A stretch of 64,000 nucleotides of DNA, from contig JAPMXV010000031.1 in assembly GCA_026936335.1 (NCBI GenBank), positions 62,001-126,000 of the forward strand. Direction: 5' to 3'. This DNA comes from Mantamonas sphyraenae STR306. Its lineage: Eukaryota; Protista; CRuMs. Both the position numbers and the translations under genes were made by a program. This document shows, one piece after another, positions 59,201 through 64,000 of this stretch. How positions within the stretch are numbered: position 1 is the stretch's first letter; each line of letters starts with the position of its first letter. The notes beneath the pieces are model-generated. The model was given only the letters and a program-made list of their open reading frames with translations. It ran no database searches and was not told the origin of the DNA.

Positions 59201-60475
59201 GCTGAAGCAGGCGACGATGCCACGGGACAGGAGGCGGCGGCGGAACTCGACGGCAGCCGGCAAATCCTATCGCCCATGTTTGGCAAGGTGATTTCACAGT
59301 TTGTGTTTGAGTACTGCTCGTGTCTGTTTGGCAAGGTGTGCAAAGGGTTCCCGGCAGACATGGAGCAGGAGATTGCCGAGCTTGTGGAGAAGCACAAGCA
59401 CATTGCACTGAGCGGCGCAGAGGACGCAGATGCATCGCACTTGAGTGCATCGAGCAAGCTGCAGTACCACGGGCGCAGGGCCCTTGCCAAGACAAAGCAA
59501 AGCATGGCGAACATGAAGAAAGGAATGCAGCGTCTGCGCAGGCGCGGGTCGTCCGTAGGAGAAGGCATGGACGACGGTAGCACGCGTGCACGATCATCGT
59601 CGTCATCCGCGTCCAACAGTGACACGGGCAACTTCTTCAGCAACCTGTTTGACAAGCTGAGCGGGAAGAACAACAACCAGATCACAGGACCTGCGCTGAC
59701 ATCGTCGGACGCAGTTCCTGCTGCGGAATTGCCTACGGGTGCAGTGATGGTGATGATGAACAACATCGGGTACGCTCGCATCCAGCTGTATGAGCTGGGA
59801 GAGAAGCAGGAGCAGTTGCACAACTTTGAAGGAGTCATGGCGGAGCTGCGGTGGATGATCGAGAGTGGCGTGGACATGTGCGTGTTGCACCTGATGCAGC
59901 ACGTGTCCAAAGCGTTGACGTCGATGATGCAAGTGGCGCAGTGTCTGGACGCGTCCGGCAGCCGCACGAGCGAGGCCAACAAGCCGCTGGTGGAGGAGTT
60001 TTGGAGTCTGTACGACGATCATGTGCTGGGGTACGTGAACGAAACCCTGCAAATGCTGGTGGAGCATCTGTACTTTGCCTTGTTTGCCAAGGTGCTGTAC
60101 AAGTTTTGGGTGCGGTTCCTGGACGCGTTGCTGGAGCTTGTGATCGGTGAGGAGGCGTTGAAGACGGGTATCATGCCGACAAAGATGCAAGTTGCTCTGC
60201 TGCAAGACTGCATTGAGCCCATGCGTGGCCTACTGCATGCAGACGGAGCCGGATTGACGCTGCACAAGCTGGAGTCGCGCGAAGGCTTTGTGCGATCAAT
60301 CCTGGAAGTCTGCGACATGAAACCGGACGAACTGTTGGAACTGCGCTGTGCTCTGGTGCGTGCACACAGCAGCGACGAACAAGAAGAAGAGGCGCAGCTC
60401 GCCGAGGTTCACTCAGCCGACTCGCCAGTCGTGCACTTGGCGCATGTGGCTGAGCTGTGGGATCCGCTGAAATGA
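56262..60475 (+). CDS. Munc13-homology (MUN: MHD1+MHD2) protein; TPR-like N-terminal part probably joined across a frameshift at about 56755
   Basis: WLYRAIGADEWAP..RFSSSVLDLF, MMNNIGYARIQL, EHLYFALFAKVLYKFW, LHADGAGL. The upstream ORF 56262-56780 overlaps the main ORF 56768-60475. Confidence 0.8.
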
Positions 60476-60516
60476 AGACTATGTGAATGTGGTTTTAGTG
60501 GTGTCCATGTTCCATG

Positions 60517-60855
60517 TCACCTCGGCGCGTCGGCGGAGGTGGCAAGAGCGGCGGACGCGTTGTCCTGCTGCTCCTGCTGCTTCCGCTGCAATGCCTTGAG
60601 ACGCTGGCGCTCCACGTCTCGTCTGGGACCCTCCTTCATGTTCTATGCGTGTATGGAGCCGGCGGTAGTTGGAGAGTGTCACCGGGTGGGGAGAGTGAGC
60701 TGCGAGTTCGAGTGCGGGCTCAGGCAGGCGGAGGCGGCGGAATCGGCGACGCTTACCTCCCATTCCTGCTTCTGCTGAGCGTGAACAACCACCACAATAG
60801 CGGCAGTGAGTGCCAGACTGCCTCCAAGCATGAGCTTGGATGAGCGAGATGCCAT
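60517..60855 (-). CDS. PET117: Cytochrome c oxidase assembly factor PET117 (74 aa)
   Basis: Intron 60643-60756 joins MASRSSKLMLGGSLALTAAIVVVVHAQQKQEWE to NMKEGPRRDVERQRLK... Confidence 0.85.
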
Positions 60856-60929
60856 GCAGAACGTGGGATGCGCTGCAAGCGGACGCGCAAAGTGCAGCAC
60901 AACTTCTCACCCTCACTGCGCCCTTCTGC

Positions 60930-63900
60930 ATGGGCAATTCCAGCTCGTCGTCATCAGGCGACACGAAAACCCAGGCAGAACGGTTCCAGGAGCTGTCTGA
61001 ACTGACATGCTGTAAGTTGGACGGTGGAGGTGCAATCGGTTCATGAAGGGGCGGCTCACACAAAGTGGATACACATGGTTCGATCCAACCAATGGATTCT
61101 TGGGATGCATACGACTGTGACACGCGCTTGCGTGTGGTTATTCGAATGATTAGTCAACCCCGTGCAGCTAAGCACGCTGTGGGACATCTGGAACACGGAA
61201 CTGACCACACGGAACAGCACTTCCATCAAACGCAGCGACCTGAAGGAGCTGTATGTGGCCATGAAGGAGTATCCGGAACTTCAGAGTGCCGTGTTCCAGT
61301 CGCTAGCAATGATCGGGACACACAACGTGGAAGGCACGGAGGAGCAGGTGACCTCGGCTGCCTTTGCAGCAGCGGTGGTCTCGGTGTTCTCCTCGGGGGT
61401 CAGCGTGAACACGCAGCAAAGTAAGTTGCATACCAGCACAAGAGTTGGTACATGGGTTTGGTCACACACCACTGCTGCAATACACAACAAGCTGCAGTGG
61501 GCCGCACGAAGCGCCGGCGCCGCTTTTGGGGAGAGGGCGAGGGTCACAAAACCAAGAAATCCAAAGCGTGCAGGCTCCCAGACAAAGGCGCACAGCGGGG
61601 AGCAGCCATGCACGAGCTCCGTTGGTGAAGCGAAACACAAGGAAACTGACACTGATGCATGCGCTGCAGACAATTTGGCAAGCATGGAGATGGCAGCGTC
61701 CATTGACGAAGCGCTCGCGCTGAGCGAAGAACAAGAAGCCGAGGCTGGGGACAAGAAAAAGGCCGTCAACGCGGCCAAGAAGGAGCTGGAGATGTATTAT
61801 CAAAACCTGCATGTGCGAAATCGATCGCAGAAGCGCAAACTAAGGACGGCCCATTCGAAGCAGCTGTTGCGTACACAAGAAGCCGTGGTGCAAGACACGG
61901 TCGAAACAACGGTGAGCGCAGACGGCCAAACGAGCACCAAAACAACACACACGACCAAGATCACCACCACAACGATGATGACTGACGGAGACGAGGAAGA
62001 ACTGCAAGACGCGAGCGAATCGACCGATTCCGGGGGTGGCTCCTCCAGGCTCCGTCCACACCACCTGCTGCGCTCGAAGCGCCTGAATGATCCCTCGCTG
62101 GTGCATTCTTCGTCCGTGCAGGCCGCAGAGCGCACGCGAGAGCTGGTGGAGAACTTTTACGCCGCTTCAGAGCATTCCAAGTCGTCGTCGCCTGTGGGTG
62201 AGCAGCGCGCGTTCCGCATCCGTCGTCAGGAACACCAGACGCAGCAGCAGCTGATGGAAACACTGAACGAACAAGAAGAAGACGAGGACGAGGACGGCAG
62301 CGATACAGTGACGAGGGCGAAGAAAGCGACAGCAGCAAAGACAGTGACGAAACGCCGCCACCTCCACCCCCTCCCCTCGAAGAAGACCCATTTGACGAAG
62401 ACAAGGACTTGGATTGGGTGGAAGATCCCGAGGACAGCGTGGATGTGTGCAGTAGCAGCAGCAGCAGCAGCCGAGCGAGCAGCAGCGCAGATCTGCTTGC
62501 TTCGGGCCTGCAAAAGGCTCACCCACATCTCCAGGTGCTGAAGTACGCCGGTCCTCAGTCGCCCAGCCTTGCAGACCCGCGCTTCAAAGCCCTCGCGGGC
62601 ATACAATCACGCGATTCCGGAATCGCGGAGGGTGCGCGCAAGGCAAACCATGTGCGTGAGCATGTCGTTCAAGAGTACAAGGAGAATCACGAGGAGCAGG
62701 ACGAAGGCACCGAGCACGAGCACGTTGTAGATGTCCTACAACAAGGAGACTCTGCCCTTGTGGAGGATGTCGACAAGTATGAAGAGGAGGATGATGAAGA
62801 AGACGGAAGCGAGGACGGCCAAAGCGTGAAAAGCGAAGAAACGGTGCCTGTGCACCACCACTGGGTGGCGAGGATAGGCGAAGAAGGAGAGGGGGCGCAC
62901 ACGCGAGACAGCATGGAGAGCCTGAGCATGTCCGCAGAGCCACGATCAGAGACAACGTTGCGTGATTTGACGGATGTGCCATCGAGCCCGTCGCACGATT
63001 TCGAGCTGGACACAAGCGCCGTGGTGGAGCAGGAGCAAGAGGAATTGAGCAAACGTCTCAAACGATCGCAGTCTGACCACAGCACCACGGATCTGGACTC
63101 TGTGCAGGAAGAGCTGTTGAAGGCGACACAGAGTGAGGCCATGTCTCACAACAACGCCTCACCTGCACGAGGGGGTAATGCGATCAAGGGCAAGCAAAAG
63201 AGCCCACTTCCGCCACGGCCGGTCAAGTCCCACAGCACACCTCTGCCAACCAAAGCATCGACACCCCCGTTGGTGACCGGCGTTTCCGAGGCGTCGCTGG
63301 TCACGGCATCGACAGAGCAAACAATGAGCAGTACGAGCAGCAGCAGCAGCAGCAGCAGCAGTGTGAGCGGACGTAGCAGCGTGACGAGTCGCACGACATC
63401 AACATCGGTCGATCTGAGCGAAGGCAGCCACCCGCGGCTGCGATCCCTGTCTGTTTTGGCGAGCAACCGAGACTCGGAGGAGCCCGAGCAGGTGTATGGG
63501 TCGTCGCGGAAGAGCAGCCAAGGCATACGCACATCGTCTGCGGGTCCCTCGCGTCCCGGATCGGTCGAGTCTGGGCGCGACCTTTCGCGTGGGTCTGGAC
63601 GCACACGCGCAGGGACCATCACGTCACTGAAGAACAAGAACGAGGTGGTCCACAGGCGCATTCAGCAGAGGCGCAAGTACAAGTTCCGCTGCGACAAGGA
63701 CAAGCGACAGCGCATCGAGTTTGAAGACTTTGCCATGGGTCTGTCTCTTATGACAAGCGAGCACGTGGCGCTGCACAACGCCAAGTACAACTTTGTGTTT
63801 CGCTTCTTTGACTACGACCTGGACGGCATCGTGGACGAAGACTCTGTGCAAGACCTGAGCTACACCCTGCTGATGTTTCTGGAACAGATGGGCTTCATCA

Positions 63901-64000
63901 CGTCGGAAGAAGTCAACGAAATGCTGGGCGCGTACCATCGCACAGAAGCGGACAAGGAGATGCAAGGCGACGGGGGGACGATGAACTTTGAGCAGTTCAA
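60930..64000 (+). CDS. N-myristoylated EF-hand protein (NCS/calcineurin-B-like) with a very long low-complexity insert; partial, apparent frameshift at about 62305
   Basis: Starts MGNSSS; introns 61012-61153 and 61421-61669. The distal frame ends IEFEDFAMGLSLM..KYNFVFRFFDYDLDGIVDED..MNFEQF at the window edge. Confidence 0.68.

Noticed and set aside
56039-60855. COX23-like and PET117 as a complex IV assembly gene cluster
   Set aside because: They are separated by an unrelated gene, and two small genes 4 kb apart in a dense genome is compatible with chance without synteny data.

Overview
Gene-dense nuclear DNA from an unidentified, probably unicellular, flagellated eukaryote (moderately GC-rich, standard genetic code, GT-AG introns of about 80-400 nt). 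I can support about 23 protein-coding genes: a prominin/tweety-like 5-TM protein (partial), TAF2, TMEM260, a RING-HC protein, an M16 metallopeptidase, DPCD, NOP16, an MJ1316-domain protein, a GDA1/CD39 NTPDase, an SNX-BAR, focadhesin/RST1, a cyclic-nucleotide PDE with a probable pseudo-receiver domain, a Patched/NPC1-like RND protein, an ENT transporter, mitochondrial bL25, a myotubularin, an inner-arm dynein heavy chain, a SCOC-like peptide, an F-box/LRR protein, a COX23-like protein, a Munc13/MUN protein, PET117 and a myristoylated EF-hand protein (partial). I saw no mobile elements, CRISPR arrays or RNA genes. The most notable patterns are: (1) eight head-to-head gene pairs with under 100 bp between start codons, plus tandem genes only 8-52 bp apart; (2) up to five reading-frame junctions, all of the same phase (+2/-1), most likely assembly indels but testable; (3) unusual protein architectures. 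All family calls come from motif recognition by eye, not from database searches, and intron coordinates were hand-derived.
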